Positions 21,245 through 32,251 are shown, counted from the stretch's first letter. The stretch is DNA of 64,000 nucleotides from Pseudomonadota bacterium (GCA_022572885.1 JACZVC010000003.1:70223-134222); one strand, 5' to 3'. Translations and numbers: made by a program. Notes: a model not told the origin generated them from the letters alone.

Positions 21245-21870
21245 ATGCAGCAGCCCCAAGAGGTGGCGGCCGGAAAAAACGCAGTACCCTGCTGCTGGTC
21301 GGCATGCTCTTTCTCGGGCCATTGCTGGTCGCTGCGCTGGTCTATTACGGCAGTGCGGGCTGGCGGCCGGCCGGCAACGTCGCGTACGGAATGCTGTTCG
21401 ACCCGGTAAAAAAACTGCCGGCCAGCGAGCTGCGGAGTGTCGATGGAAACAGACTTGGCAACGAAGCGCTGGATGGCCTCTGGATACTGGTTTACCTCAG
21501 CCAGGGCGCTTGTGAAATCGAATGCCGGAAAAGCCTGTATGACACCCGCCAGGTACGGGTGTTGCTGGGACAAAAAGACCAGCGCGTCCGACGTCTTCTG
21601 ATTGCCGGTACACCGCTTCCTGACCTTGCCTATCTCAGCGAGTATCATCCCGACTTGTTGGTCATGACCGCAGCGAGCGCCGGCAGTGAATTCATAAAGG
21701 CCTTCGCCCGGGACCGGCAAGGTCTGGGTGACGAAGATATCCTGCGGCTGGACCGTGTATACATCGTCGACCCGCTGGGAAACCTGGTGATGGCCTACGA
21801 GTCAGGTTTTGACGCCGAGGGTCTGCTAAAAGATTTACAACGCCTGTTGCGCCTGTCGAGCATTGGTTAG
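21241..21870 (+). CDS. membrane-anchored protein with CxxxC motif (possible SCO/thioredoxin-like oxidase assembly factor)
   Basis: The start ATGA overlaps the SURF1 stop. It has an N-terminal TM segment (LLLVGMLFLGPLLVAALV) and a CEIEC motif embedded in LVYLSQGACEIECRKSL. No confident family assignment. Confidence 0.55.
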   Translation: MNAAAPRGGGRKKRSTLLLVGMLFLGPLLVAALVYYGSAGWRPAGNVAYGMLFDPVKKLPASELRSVDGNRLGNEALDGLWILVYLSQGACEIECRKSLYDTRQVRVLLGQKDQRVRRLLIAGTPLPDLAYLSEYHPDLLVMTAASAGSEFIKAFARDRQGLGDEDILRLDRVYIVDPLGNLVMAYESGFDAEGLLKDLQRLLRLSSIG

Positions 21871-21892
21871 CACGTCGGCCACCCGGAGATTC

Positions 21893-22954
21893 ATGGAAAT
21901 GGCGAAACACCCGCCAAGAAAAAAATATTACCGGCACCGCGGACCCAGCGCCGCGCTGATGCGTTTCAAAAAGCTGGCCCTGTTGGCCACATTTTTGACC
22001 CTGGTCGTCGTCGTGCTCGGCGCCTATACCCGTTTGTCGGATGCTGGCCTGGGTTGCCCGGACTGGCCCGGATGCTACGGCCAGATCAGCGTACCGGCCA
22101 CCCCCGCCGAAGTCTCCGCAGCACAGCAAATGTATCCGGAACGGCCACTCGAGCCGGCCAAGGCTTGGATTGAAATGGTTCATCGGTATTTGGCCGGCAT
22201 CCTGGGCCTGTTGGTCATGGCGCTCGCATTACTGGCGTTGCTCAATCGCAACGAGAAAAAACAACCCGTGCTGTTGCCGGTTCTGCTGGTGGCGCTCATT
22301 GTTTTCCAGGCTTTGCTGGGGATGTGGACGGTCAGCTTGTTGCTCAAACCGGTCATCGTCGTGGCTCACTTGCTGGGGGGCATGGCGACCCTGGCGCTGC
22401 TGTGGTGGCTTGCGATGACGCCGGCGCGCGAGCGGACCGAAGCCGGCAATTCACTACTGGCGAAAGCATCGCTGCTGGCGCTTCTGGTGGTGACCGCGCA
22501 GATCGCCCTGGGTGGCTGGACCAGCAGTAACTACGCCGCATTGGCCTGTCCCGATTTCCCGACTTGCCAGGATTCCTGGTGGCCGGAGGCGGATTTCTAT
22601 AGTGGTTTCGATTTGCACCACCCGCTCGATTTGGACCTGCGCAGCGACTATGCCGGTGGTGTGCTCGAGCATCCGGCCCGCGTTGCCATACACCTGAGCC
22701 ACCGCATCGGCGCATTGGTCGTCGTGGCCGTCAATCTGATCCTGGGCTTTCTGTTGCTGACCCGTAGCGAGAATAATGCTGTCGCGCAGTCAGGTATCGC
22801 ATTGATGACCCTAACCGTGTTCCAGGTGGTTGTCGGTATTACCATCGTCAGCCTTGGCCTGCCGCTGCTACTCGCAACGGTGCACAACGCAATGGCTGCC
22901 TTGTTGCTGCTAAGCTTGCTAACCACCAACCGGTTGCTCCGGCTGAAACTATGA
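21893..22954 (+). CDS. ctaA: haem A synthase (COX15/CtaA)
   Basis: The [12 protein letters not shown] motif, multiple TM segments with His residues, and position upstream of ctaB support the call. The start could be 21863 (TTG) or 21893 (ATG). Confidence 0.85.
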   Translation: MEMAKHPPRKKYYRHRGPSAALMRFKKLALLATFLTLVVVVLGAYTRLSDAGLGCPDWPGCYGQISVPATPAEVSAAQQMYPERPLEPAKAWIEMVHRYLAGILGLLVMALALLALLNRNEKKQPVLLPVLLVALIVFQALLGMWTVSLLLKPVIVVAHLLGGMATLALLWWLAMTPARERTEAGNSLLAKASLLALLVVTAQIALGGWTSSNYAALACPDFPTCQDSWWPEADFYSGFDLHHPLDLDLRSDYAGGVLEHPARVAIHLSHRIGALVVVAVNLILGFLLLTRSENNAVAQSGIALMTLTVFQVVVGITIVSLGLPLLLATVHNAMAALLLLSLLTTNRLLRLKL

Positions 22955-23808
22955 CCCATCTGGCCGAGTATTTTGAGCTGACCAAACCGAAGGTCGTCGG
23001 CCTGATCGTTTTCACGGCGATCGTCGGCATGTTCCTGGCGGTACCCGGTATGCCACCCTGGCAACCCATCGTATTCGGAACGCTGGGCATCGGGCTGGCG
23101 GCGGCTTCAGCAGCGGCCGTCAACCATGTGCTCGACGCGCGCATCGATGCCAAAATGAAACGCACGCGACATCGTCCCTTGCCGACCGGTCAGCTCAGCG
23201 AAAAGCAGGCGAGCGTTTTTGCGGCGTTGCTTGGCGTGCTCTCGATGCTGATCCTGGCGCTGGCGGTGAACCCCCTGACCGCGCTAATGACCTTCCTTTC
23301 GCTAATTGGTTACGCGTTTGTCTATACCGTTTACCTGAAGCGCGCGACTCCGCAGAACATTGTCATCGGCGGCGCGGCAGGCGCGGCTCCGCCGGTGCTG
23401 GGGTGGATGGCAGTAACCAACACGATCGACCCGAATGCACTCTTGCTGTTCCTGATTATTTTCACCTGGACACCGCCGCATTTCTGGGCCCTTGCCATCG
23501 CGCGCAAGGACGACTATGCCAAAGTAAATATCCCGATGATGCCGGTGGTTTACGGCGTGAAATTTACCCGGCTGCAAATTCTTCTGTATACGATCCTGCT
23601 GTTTATCGTTGGCTTGCTGCCTTACTTGACCGGCATGTCGGGCCTGTTTTATCTGTTTGGCGCGGTCATGCTCGGCGGTGGATTCCTGTACTATGCCATC
23701 GCAATGATGATTCGGGACAAACCGGAATTGCCCATGCAGACTTTTGCCTACTCGGTCAATTACCTGGTGGCTCTGTTCGCGTTTCTCCTGGTTGATCATT
23801 ACCTGTAA
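22951..23808 (+). CDS. cyoE: protohaem IX farnesyltransferase (haem O synthase)
   Basis: UbiA-family motifs are present ([20 protein letters not shown], and PPHFWALAI). The start overlaps the ctaA stop. Confidence 0.9.
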   Translation: MTHLAEYFELTKPKVVGLIVFTAIVGMFLAVPGMPPWQPIVFGTLGIGLAAASAAAVNHVLDARIDAKMKRTRHRPLPTGQLSEKQASVFAALLGVLSMLILALAVNPLTALMTFLSLIGYAFVYTVYLKRATPQNIVIGGAAGAAPPVLGWMAVTNTIDPNALLLFLIIFTWTPPHFWALAIARKDDYAKVNIPMMPVVYGVKFTRLQILLYTILLFIVGLLPYLTGMSGLFYLFGAVMLGGGFLYYAIAMMIRDKPELPMQTFAYSVNYLVALFAFLLVDHYL

Positions 23809-23810
23809 CC

Positions 23811-23836
23811 GCTAGCCCGCATATTTCACCAAGGCG
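23811..23836. repeat. REP-like repeat, copy 2 (single arm), abutting the uvrD start codon
   Basis: GCTAGCCCGCATATTTCACCAAGGCG lies immediately before ATG 23837. It has the same core as 3732-3755 and 58881-58903. I found no complementary arm. Confidence 0.7.
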
Positions 23837-25987
23837 ATGGATGTTTCTCCAATACTCGACCCCCTGAACGAAGCCCAGCGTGAGGCGGTTACCGCCGGGC
23901 AACACGCAATGCTGGTATTGGCTGGCGCCGGCAGCGGCAAGACCCGGGTGCTGGTCCACCGGATTGCGTGGTTGGTCGAAGTCGAGAAGGTCGCGCCGCG
24001 CAGTATTCTGGCGGTGACATTTACCAACAAGGCGGCCAGTGAAATGCGCGGGCGTATCGAGGCGTTGCTCGGTCGACCCGCGACGGCCATGTGGGTCGGC
24101 ACTTTCCATGGCCTGGCTCACCGGATTCTCCGGCAACACTGGCGGGAGGCCGAACTCCCGCAGACTTTCCAGATACTGGATTCCGACGACCAACTTCGGC
24201 TGATCCGCCGTATGTTCAAAAACATGGGGATCGATGAGACGCGTTGGATACCCCGGGAATTGCAATGGTTTATTAACGCGCAAAAAGACCAAGGCATCCG
24301 GCCGGCCCACATGGAACACCGTGACGACAGCAACCGTCGTCAGATGATCCGGCATTATGCAGCCTACCAGGAGATTTGCGATAACGGCGGTGTCGTCGAT
24401 TTCGCGGAACTTCTGTTGCGCGCCCACGAGTTGTGGCTGAAGCATAGTGAGCTGCTCGAGCACTACCGGCGCCGATTCTCGCATGTATTGGTTGATGAGT
24501 TTCAGGATACCAACACCATCCAGTATGCCTGGCTCAGGTTGCTGGCTGGCGAAACCGGGGTGCCGTTTGCGGTCGGTGACGACGATCAGTCAATTTATGG
24601 CTGGCGCGGTGCGAAGGTCGAAAACCTGTTCCAGTTTCAAAAGCATTATCCAAACACAAGGCTGGTGCGGCTGGAGCAGAATTACCGCTCGACCGGCACC
24701 ATACTCAAGGCCGCCAATGCTTTGATTGGCAACAACAGGGGCCGGCTGGGCAAAAGCCTGTGGACGGAAAGCACGGATGGCGAAGCCATCAAAGTCTATG
24801 AAGGTTTTAACGAACGCGACGAAGCCGATTTCGTGCTGGGCCGCGTCAAGGAGTGGATGGACCAAGGCAATCTGCGTTCGGAGTTGGCAATACTCTACCG
24901 CTCCAATGCCCAGTCGCGAATTTTCGAAGAAGCTCTCATGAATGCCGGCATCCCGTACCGGGTTTACGGCGGCTTGCGCTTCTTCGAGCGCCAGGAGATC
25001 AAGGACGCGTTGGCTTACTTGCGGTTAATCGCGAACCGCGACGACGACGGCTCGTTCGAGCGGGTCGTGAATCTGCCGCCAAGGGGAATCGGCGCCAGGA
25101 GTATGGAAACGATCAGATTATACGCGCGCGCCAACGCCACATCGCTGTGGCAATCGGCGGCAAGCCTGGCGGGAGGCCAGTTGAGCAGCCGGGCGGCGTC
25201 CGCGGTACGGAAATTTCTTGCGCTGATCGAAGAGCAGGCTGGCAAGACTTCGGCCCTGGCACTACATGAGCAAGTCGACGCCGTGATCGAATGCAGCGGC
25301 CTGATCGAACATTACCGCAAGGAAAAGGGCGAAAGAGGCGAAGCCCGAATCGAGAACCTCGAAGAACTGGTTTCGGCGGCCCGCGGATACCAGCCGAGCG
25401 ATGAAATGGACATGGCGCCGATGGACGCTTTTCTCGCTCATGCGGCGCTCGAGTCCGGAGAAAACCAGGGCAGCGCCTGGGAAGACTGTGTGCAGCTGAT
25501 GACCCTGCACAGCGCCAAGGGTCTGGAGTTTCCGGTGGTTTTCATCTGTGGACTCGAAGATGGATTGTTCCCGCACCAGCGGTCGCTTGGCGATGCAAGC
25601 GGTCTCGAGGAGGAACGACGACTTTGTTATGTGGGGATGACCCGTGCGATGCGGTATTTATACCTGACCTATGCAAGCCAGCGGCGCTTGCATGGAATGG
25701 ATAACTATCGCCATCCATCACGGTTTCTCAACGAGATCCCGCGCGAATACACCGAGGAGGTGCGCAGCGGTTTTTCGGTCCGGCGCCCGCTCAAGGGAAC
25801 CCGGTTTTCGGCCCCAAAGGACCCTGACGGCATGCGGCTCGGCCAGCAGGTACGGCACGATCGTTTTGGTACCGGCGTGGTCATGGCTTGTGAGGGGCAA
25901 GGTGCCCACGCACGGGTTCAGGTAAACTTTGAATCTACCGGCACAAAATGGCTGGTTCTTGCTTATGCCAGCCTTGAACTGATGTAG
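23837..25987 (+). CDS. uvrD: DNA helicase II UvrD
   Basis: 716 aa with Walker A AGAGSGKT, VDEFQDTN, and the length and C-terminus expected of UvrD rather than Rep. Confidence 0.92.
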   Translation: MDVSPILDPLNEAQREAVTAGQHAMLVLAGAGSGKTRVLVHRIAWLVEVEKVAPRSILAVTFTNKAASEMRGRIEALLGRPATAMWVGTFHGLAHRILRQHWREAELPQTFQILDSDDQLRLIRRMFKNMGIDETRWIPRELQWFINAQKDQGIRPAHMEHRDDSNRRQMIRHYAAYQEICDNGGVVDFAELLLRAHELWLKHSELLEHYRRRFSHVLVDEFQDTNTIQYAWLRLLAGETGVPFAVGDDDQSIYGWRGAKVENLFQFQKHYPNTRLVRLEQNYRSTGTILKAANALIGNNRGRLGKSLWTESTDGEAIKVYEGFNERDEADFVLGRVKEWMDQGNLRSELAILYRSNAQSRIFEEALMNAGIPYRVYGGLRFFERQEIKDALAYLRLIANRDDDGSFERVVNLPPRGIGARSMETIRLYARANATSLWQSAASLAGGQLSSRAASAVRKFLALIEEQAGKTSALALHEQVDAVIECSGLIEHYRKEKGERGEARIENLEELVSAARGYQPSDEMDMAPMDAFLAHAALESGENQGSAWEDCVQLMTLHSAKGLEFPVVFICGLEDGLFPHQRSLGDASGLEEERRLCYVGMTRAMRYLYLTYASQRRLHGMDNYRHPSRFLNEIPREYTEEVRSGFSVRRPLKGTRFSAPKDPDGMRLGQQVRHDRFGTGVVMACEGQGAHARVQVNFESTGTKWLVLAYASLELM

Positions 25988-26030
25988 AATGCGCCGCTGG
26001 TAAGCGCAAAAAGCAACAAAAGGCGCTGAC

Positions 26031-27410
26031 ATGAAAATCATTATTCTCGGCGCGGGACAAGTAGGGCGCACAGCGGCCTACCACCTGGCAAAGGAAGAGG
26101 CGAACGAAGTCACGGTCGTGGATCTTCGTGAGGATATCCTGCGCGATCTGCGCGATCGCCTCGATATCCGGACCGTGATCGGGCACGGTTCTCATCCCGA
26201 GGTACTGGAGCGGGCCGGCATCAAGGATGCCGACATGATTATCGCACTGACCGATAGCGACGAGACCAACATGGTGGCCTGCCAGGTCGCCAGCACCCTT
26301 TTTCGAACGCAGACCAAGATCGCAAGAATCCGCGATGCAGAATACCTGAGCCACGAGCAACTTTTTGGCGATGATGCGCTGCCGGTTGACGTACGTATCA
26401 GCCCGGAAGAACTGGTCACCGATTACATCGAGAAACTGATTCATTATCCGGGTGCTCTGCAGGTCCTGGAATTCGCCAACGGTGAAATCCTCCTGGTCGG
26501 CACGCGCGTAGGCAAAGACGGCCCTCTGGTGGGCCAGCAGTTATCCGCTTTGCGCGATCATATTCCCAATGTGGATGCCCGGGTCGCGGCTATATACCGC
26601 GATGGCAAAGCGATCAAACCGACCGGGGATACTGTCATTCGCGAGAATGACGAGGTGTTTTTTATCGCCGCGCGCGCGGACATACGCGCGGTGATGAGCG
26701 AGATGCGCAAACTCGATGAACCGGTCAGGCGAATTATTATCGCTGGTGGCGGCCACATCGGCTTCCGGCTTGCGAAACGCATGGAGCAAACCAACCAGGT
26801 CAAGCTGATCGAGCGCAACCAGGAACGCGCGAAGATAATCTCCGAAAAACTCGAACGTACGATCGTATTACACGGCGATGCGACCGATGAGCAGCTGCTG
26901 ATGGAGGAAAACGTCGACAACGCAGACGTTTTCTGCGCGCTGACCAACTCCGAGGAAGCAAACATCATGGCGGCAATGCTGGCGAAAAGATGCGGCGCCC
27001 GCAAGGTCATGGCGTTGATCAACCGCCAGTCCTTCGCTGAGCTTGCTGAAGACGCGGGCACCATAGACATCGCGATTTCCCCGCAGCAGATTACCATCGG
27101 TACTTTGCTTGCCAACGTACGCCGCGGTGATGTTACCCGGGTTCACTCGCTGCGCAGGGGCGCCGCGGAAGCCCTGGAGGCAGTCGCCCACGGCAACCGA
27201 GAGAATTCGGCCGTGGTTGGCCGCTCGATACAAGAAATTGCATTGCCCGACAGCGTCACAATCGGCGCCATCGTGCGTGATGATCAGGTCCTGATGGCTC
27301 ATCACGACACCATTATCGAAGAGAACGACCACGTCATTTTATTCCTGACCGACCGAAAACAAATCGATACGGTCGAGAAACTCTTCCAGGTCGACGCAAC
27401 CTTCGTATGA
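26031..27410 (+). CDS. trkA: Trk system potassium uptake protein TrkA
   Basis: 459 aa with two RCK/NAD-binding repeats (MKIIILGAGQVG and IIIAGGGHIG). Confidence 0.93.
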   Translation: MKIIILGAGQVGRTAAYHLAKEEANEVTVVDLREDILRDLRDRLDIRTVIGHGSHPEVLERAGIKDADMIIALTDSDETNMVACQVASTLFRTQTKIARIRDAEYLSHEQLFGDDALPVDVRISPEELVTDYIEKLIHYPGALQVLEFANGEILLVGTRVGKDGPLVGQQLSALRDHIPNVDARVAAIYRDGKAIKPTGDTVIRENDEVFFIAARADIRAVMSEMRKLDEPVRRIIIAGGGHIGFRLAKRMEQTNQVKLIERNQERAKIISEKLERTIVLHGDATDEQLLMEENVDNADVFCALTNSEEANIMAAMLAKRCGARKVMALINRQSFAELAEDAGTIDIAISPQQITIGTLLANVRRGDVTRVHSLRRGAAEALEAVAHGNRENSAVVGRSIQEIALPDSVTIGAIVRDDQVLMAHHDTIIEENDHVILFLTDRKQIDTVEKLFQVDATFV

Positions 27411-28882
27411 ACCTGCCTGTCGTTTCCCGAATTCTTGGCATGCTGTTGGGCATGTTCAGCCTGACCATGATTCCGCCCATGCTCGTGTCCTGGCATTTCA
27501 ACGACGGCAGCTGGCTGGCCTTCCTCAACGGCATGGGTATCATCCTGATCGCTGCCGCGGTTTTCTGGCTGTTTGGCAAACCTGCGAATAGTGGTCTGGA
27601 TTTGCGCCTGCGAGACGGCTTCCTGATCGTCGCGCTTTTCTGGGTTGTGCTCGGCGTCGCCGGTTCGGCGCCGCTGATCATGTCGGCAAGTCTCGACATT
27701 TCCATCACCGACGCAATCTTCGAATCGATTTCCGGCCTGACGACAACGGGCGCGACCATCCTGACTGGGCTGGACGAGCTGCCGCGCAGTATTCTTTTTT
27801 ACCGCCAGATGCTGCAGTGGCTGGGAGGTATGGGGATCATCGTGCTGGCGGTCGCCGTGCTGCCAATGCTGGGTGTCGGCGGCATGCAATTGTACCGCGC
27901 CGAGACCCCCGGCCCGGTCAAGGACAACAAACTCACGCCGCGTATTACGCAAACGGCCAAGGCGCTTTATTTCATTTATGCGGGCATCACGGTCGCCTGT
28001 TTCGCCGCCTACTGGATTGCCGGAATGGACTGGTTTGATGCGCTGGGTCACGCCTTCAGCACCGTAGCCATCGGTGGCTTCTCGACCCACGATGCCAGTA
28101 TCGGGCATTACGCGCAGATCGGGCACCCAAACGCGCTGGCGATCGAAATGATCGCTGTGGTTTTTATGCTGATCGGCGCTGCGAATTTCTCGCTGCATTT
28201 CCTGGCCTGGAAAAACCGCAGTATCAAGAGCTACCTGCAGGATCCGGAATTCAGGGCGATGATTACCATCTTGTTGACGGTTACCGCAATCACCGTTTTT
28301 TACCTTTTCGCCAGCGGTTATTACGGGGGTTTTGCAGAATCGATGAGGAAGGGGCTGTTTCAGGCGGTGTCGATTGGCACGACCACCGGCTTTACCACCG
28401 CAAAGTACTCGATGTGGCCTGGCTCGCTTCCGGTCATGCTGCTGCTGGTCAGTTTCATCGGCGGTTGCGCCGGCTCAACCGGCGGCGGCATGAAGGTGAT
28501 TCGGTGGCTGCTGATTTACAAGCAGGGCGCGCGCGAAGTCTTGCGCCTGATCCATCCGAACGCGGAGATCCCGGTCAAACTGGGCAACACCGCGGTACCG
28601 ACCCGGGTTATCGAAGCAGTCTGGGGTTTCTTCTCGATTTATATCGTCATGTTCGCTGTCATGATGCTGGTGTTGATGATGACCGGCCTGGATCAGAATA
28701 CCGCGTTCTCCGCGATTGCCGCGACCTTGAACAACCTCGGCCCGGGGCTGGGCGATGTCGCCGACAATTTCATTTCTATCCCGGACCCGGCCAAATGGGT
28801 ATCGATTTTTGCCATGTTGCTTGGACGCCTCGAAATTTTTACGCTGCTGGTACTGTTCACACCATCTTTCTGGGATCGCTAG
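27407..28882 (+). CDS. trkH: Trk system potassium transporter TrkH
   Basis: 491 aa polytopic protein with repeated GLTTTG/GTTTG selectivity-filter-like motifs. The start overlaps the trkA stop. Confidence 0.9.
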   Translation: MNLPVVSRILGMLLGMFSLTMIPPMLVSWHFNDGSWLAFLNGMGIILIAAAVFWLFGKPANSGLDLRLRDGFLIVALFWVVLGVAGSAPLIMSASLDISITDAIFESISGLTTTGATILTGLDELPRSILFYRQMLQWLGGMGIIVLAVAVLPMLGVGGMQLYRAETPGPVKDNKLTPRITQTAKALYFIYAGITVACFAAYWIAGMDWFDALGHAFSTVAIGGFSTHDASIGHYAQIGHPNALAIEMIAVVFMLIGAANFSLHFLAWKNRSIKSYLQDPEFRAMITILLTVTAITVFYLFASGYYGGFAESMRKGLFQAVSIGTTTGFTTAKYSMWPGSLPVMLLLVSFIGGCAGSTGGGMKVIRWLLIYKQGAREVLRLIHPNAEIPVKLGNTAVPTRVIEAVWGFFSIYIVMFAVMMLVLMMTGLDQNTAFSAIAATLNNLGPGLGDVADNFISIPDPAKWVSIFAMLLGRLEIFTLLVLFTPSFWDR

Positions 28883-28885
28883 CCC

Positions 28886-29209
28886 GTGGGGTTGATCGCC
28901 AGTCTTGAAGCGATGCTCGACGGCGGCCGCGACGACGCGCTGTTGAGATTTTCCCTGGGTAGCGCCTTTCTGTCGCAACAACGGGCGAACGATGCACTGG
29001 TTCATTTGCAAGCGGCGGTCGCCCACGATCCGGGATATTCCGCCGCATGGAAACTCCTGGGCAAGGCGCAATCGGCAGCCGGCAATTGCGACGCGGCGGG
29101 CAACGCCTACCGGGCGGGAATTGCCGCAGCGGAGAAAAAAGGCGACCAGCAGGCAATGAAGGAAATGCAGGTCTTCCTGCGCCGACTGGAAAAAAACCTG
29201 GAAAAATGA
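28886..29209 (+). CDS. small TPR-like protein
   Basis: 107 aa with a GTG start. The A/L-rich helical repeat pattern (SAAWKLLGKAQSAAGNCDAAGNAYRAGI) looks TPR-like. Confidence 0.5.
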   Translation: MGLIASLEAMLDGGRDDALLRFSLGSAFLSQQRANDALVHLQAAVAHDPGYSAAWKLLGKAQSAAGNCDAAGNAYRAGIAAAEKKGDQQAMKEMQVFLRRLEKNLEK

Positions 29210-29754
29210 GACCGCTTAGCGAACGCATCGATTCCGCCAATCGGATACTGGGCGAAACCCTGTCCTGGCTAACCGCTTTGATGGTCCTGGTGACCTTTGT
29301 GATCGTGGTGCTCCGTTATGCGTTCGACACCGGCTGGATCTGGCTGCAGGAAAGCGTCACCTGGATGCACGCGCTGGTGTTCATGCTGGCCGCCGCGTAC
29401 ACGCTGGGGTGCGACGAGCATGTCAGGGTCGATATTTTCTACCGCCGCATGGATGCGCGAAAAAAGGCACTGGTCAATTTACTGGGTGCGCTGTTTCTGC
29501 TGGCGCCAACCTGGCTGTTGCTGATCATCGTCAGCTGGGATTATGTGGCCGCTTCCTGGTCCGTTTATGAAAGCTCCCGGGAAGCCGGCGGGCTGCCTGG
29601 ATTGTTTTTGTTGAAAAGCGTGATCCCGCTTACCGCGGTGTTGCTGCTGTTGCAGGGCCTGTCCCAGGCATTGAGTGGATTCCTCGCGACGAGAAAGCGA
29701 TCGCAGCAGGCAACGCCGGGCAAAGACCAGGTCGACCGGGGCACAGGACTGTAA
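29206..29754 (+). CDS. TRAP transporter small permease subunit (DctQ-like)
   Basis: Four-TM protein upstream of the DctM-type large permease. ATG at 29206 overlaps the preceding stop. Confidence 0.8.
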   Translation: MRPLSERIDSANRILGETLSWLTALMVLVTFVIVVLRYAFDTGWIWLQESVTWMHALVFMLAAAYTLGCDEHVRVDIFYRRMDARKKALVNLLGALFLLAPTWLLLIIVSWDYVAASWSVYESSREAGGLPGLFLLKSVIPLTAVLLLLQGLSQALSGFLATRKRSQQATPGKDQVDRGTGL

Positions 29755-29756
29755 GC

Positions 29757-31142
29757 ATGGGCTGGATCGCCGGTCTGATGTTTATTTCTGTTGTGCTGGT
29801 GCTGCTGGCCGGCTACCCGGTTGCCTTTACCCTGTCCGGGGTGGCCCTGCTGTTCGCCCTGGGCGGCGCCGTGCTAGGCGTCTTCGATCCTGCGTTTCTG
29901 AATGCCATGCCGAGCCGTATTTTCGGCATCATGGGCAACCAGACCTTAATCGCGGTTCCCTTGTTTGTTTTTATGGGCGTGATGCTGGAGCGATCACGGA
30001 TTGCGGAAAGCCTGCTGGACACGCTGAGCCTGCTTTTCGGGCCGCTGCGCGGCGGCCTGGGATTCTCTGTCACCCTGGTCGGGATGTTGCTCGCGGCCAG
30101 TACCGGTATCGTCGGCGCCACGGTCGTTACCATGGGGCTACTGTCATTGCCGACGATGCTTCGGCGAGGCTATGACCCCGCGGTCGCCGCCGGCACGATC
30201 TGCGCATCGGGAACCCTGGGTCAGATCATCCCGCCCTCGATCATCCTGGTCATGCTGGGCGACGTATTGTCATCGTCGTACCAACAAGCCCAACTGGCGC
30301 AGGGGATATTTTCGCCAAAAACCGTATCCGTGGGTGACCTTTTTGCCGGGGCCCTGATCCCCGGTCTGCTGCTGGTCGGCTTGTACCTGCTCTGGCTGAT
30401 GGTGGTCGCTTTTTTCCGGCCGCAGGCGATGCCCGCAATTTCCGCCAGCGAGCGCAAGGCCATGCGCGGGAAAAGCCTCTTGCGCCAGGTCGTCCTGGTG
30501 CTGTTGCCGCCGTTGCTGCTGATCCTGGCGGTGCTGGGATCGATCCTCGCCGGACTCGCAACGCCGACCGAAGCCGCGGCCGTCGGCGCCGCTGGCGCGA
30601 CGCTGATGGCGTTGCAGCGCAAGCAACTGGATCCGGGCCGCCTGCGCGAGGTCATGCGAACCACCACCCGGATCAGCAGCATGGTATTTATGATCCTGCT
30701 GGGCGCTTCATTTTTCTCATTGGTATTCAGAGGCTTTGGCGGCGACGAAGCAGTCCACGCGGTGCTGGAAAACCTGCCCGGTGGTGTAATCGGCTCCATG
30801 CTGGTGGTCATGGCGCTGATGTTCCTGCTCGGTTTTGTCCTCGACTTTATCGAGATTACTTTTGTCGTCGTGCCGATTGTCGCCCCGATCTTGCTGGTCA
30901 TGGGTCTGGATCCGGTCTGGCTGGGGGTGATGTTTGCGATCAATCTGCAGACTTCATTCCTGACGCCGCCTTTTGGCTTTTCGCTGTTTTACCTGCGCGG
31001 GGTGGCTCCCGACACGGTTAGCACCTCCGCAATCTACCGTGGCGTCATTCCGTTCGTCTGCATCCAGCTATTCGCATTGCTGCTGCTGGCTTTGTGGCCC
31101 GAACTGGCAACCTGGCTTCCGGCGCGAATTTATGGCGAATAG
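29757..31142 (+). CDS. TRAP transporter large permease subunit (DctM-like)
   Basis: 461 aa polytopic protein with the DctM pattern. Confidence 0.9.
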   Translation: MGWIAGLMFISVVLVLLAGYPVAFTLSGVALLFALGGAVLGVFDPAFLNAMPSRIFGIMGNQTLIAVPLFVFMGVMLERSRIAESLLDTLSLLFGPLRGGLGFSVTLVGMLLAASTGIVGATVVTMGLLSLPTMLRRGYDPAVAAGTICASGTLGQIIPPSIILVMLGDVLSSSYQQAQLAQGIFSPKTVSVGDLFAGALIPGLLLVGLYLLWLMVVAFFRPQAMPAISASERKAMRGKSLLRQVVLVLLPPLLLILAVLGSILAGLATPTEAAAVGAAGATLMALQRKQLDPGRLREVMRTTTRISSMVFMILLGASFFSLVFRGFGGDEAVHAVLENLPGGVIGSMLVVMALMFLLGFVLDFIEITFVVVPIVAPILLVMGLDPVWLGVMFAINLQTSFLTPPFGFSLFYLRGVAPDTVSTSAIYRGVIPFVCIQLFALLLLALWPELATWLPARIYGE

Positions 31143-32251
31143 TGGTCTGCGCCGCCCAACAGGCGCGCCTCGAAATAGGCTTTTTCGGATATCTCCAGCC
31201 ACGGCGAGGTATTGCGCTGGAATTCCCGGTAGGAGGCATACACGCGCGCCACCATATCGTCATCGGCCGCCAACTCCTCCAGTACTTCCAGCGACAACTG
31301 TTTGAGCCGCCGCAGGACGCTTTCCGGCAGGGGCTTTGGGATAATGCCGTGTTCGCTTGCCAGCACACGCAATGCGCGCTGATTCTGCGCCGTGTAATCG
31401 GCCAGCATGTCGTCGTTCGCCGCCTGACACGATAGCAGCACGATCTCCTGCAAATCCTCGGGCAGCGAGTCGAACTCCTGCTTGTTGAAAATTGCTTCCA
31501 GCGTGGCGCATGGCTCGTGCCACCCGGGGTAGTAATAATGTTTAGCCGCTTTGTGCAAGCCAAACGCCAGGTCGTTATAGGGTCCAATCCATTCCGCTGC
31601 ATCGATGGTGCCGGTCTGCAAGGCGGTAAAGACTTCCGCACCGGGGACGTTGACCGGCGTACCTCCCGCACGTCTGAGTACCTCGGCTCCCAGGCCCGGT
31701 ATTCTCATCTTCAGCCCCTTAAGGTCTTCGACGCTGTTGATCTCTTTGTTGAACCAGCCCGCCATCTGGGTGCCGGTATTGCCGGCTGGCGCCGGCATCA
31801 GGTTGAATGGCGCGTAAAGTTCCTTCCACAGATCCCAGCCGCCGCCATAATAAAGCCAGGCGTTCATTTCCTGTGCGTTCATACCAAACGGAACGGCCGC
31901 GAAGAATTGCGCGGCCGGTGCCTTGCCCTTCCAGTAATAGGCCGCCCCATGCGCCATCTGCACCGTGCCGGAGGAAACCGCATCGAAGGCCTCGTAGGCG
32001 GGCACCAGTTCGCCACCGCCATATACCTTGATTTGCATCCGGCCGTTACTGGCCTTTTCTATACGTTTTGCCAGGCGATTGGCGCCGACCCCCGCGCCCG
32101 GAAAATTCGGCGGCCAGGTGGTCACCATTTTCCATCGATGAACCTTGCGGTTTTCGCTGACCGCCGTGGTTGCCTGCTGTTGCCCGCAAGCGGCTAGCCC
32201 GGCCACCAGCGCGCCAGCGCCCAGCCCCTTGATCAGATGCCTTCGTTTCAT
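31130..32251 (-). CDS. TRAP transporter substrate-binding protein (DctP family) with Tat-type signal
   Basis: 373 aa with N-terminus MKRRHLIKGLGAGALVAGLAACG. Convergent with the permease genes. Confidence 0.85.
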   Translation of the reverse strand: MKRRHLIKGLGAGALVAGLAACGQQQATTAVSENRKVHRWKMVTTWPPNFPGAGVGANRLAKRIEKASNGRMQIKVYGGGELVPAYEAFDAVSSGTVQMAHGAAYYWKGKAPAAQFFAAVPFGMNAQEMNAWLYYGGGWDLWKELYAPFNLMPAPAGNTGTQMAGWFNKEINSVEDLKGLKMRIPGLGAEVLRRAGGTPVNVPGAEVFTALQTGTIDAAEWIGPYNDLAFGLHKAAKHYYYPGWHEPCATLEAIFNKQEFDSLPEDLQEIVLLSCQAANDDMLADYTAQNQRALRVLASEHGIIPKPLPESVLRRLKQLSLEVLEELAADDDMVARVYASYREFQRNTSPWLEISEKAYFEARLLGGADHYSP

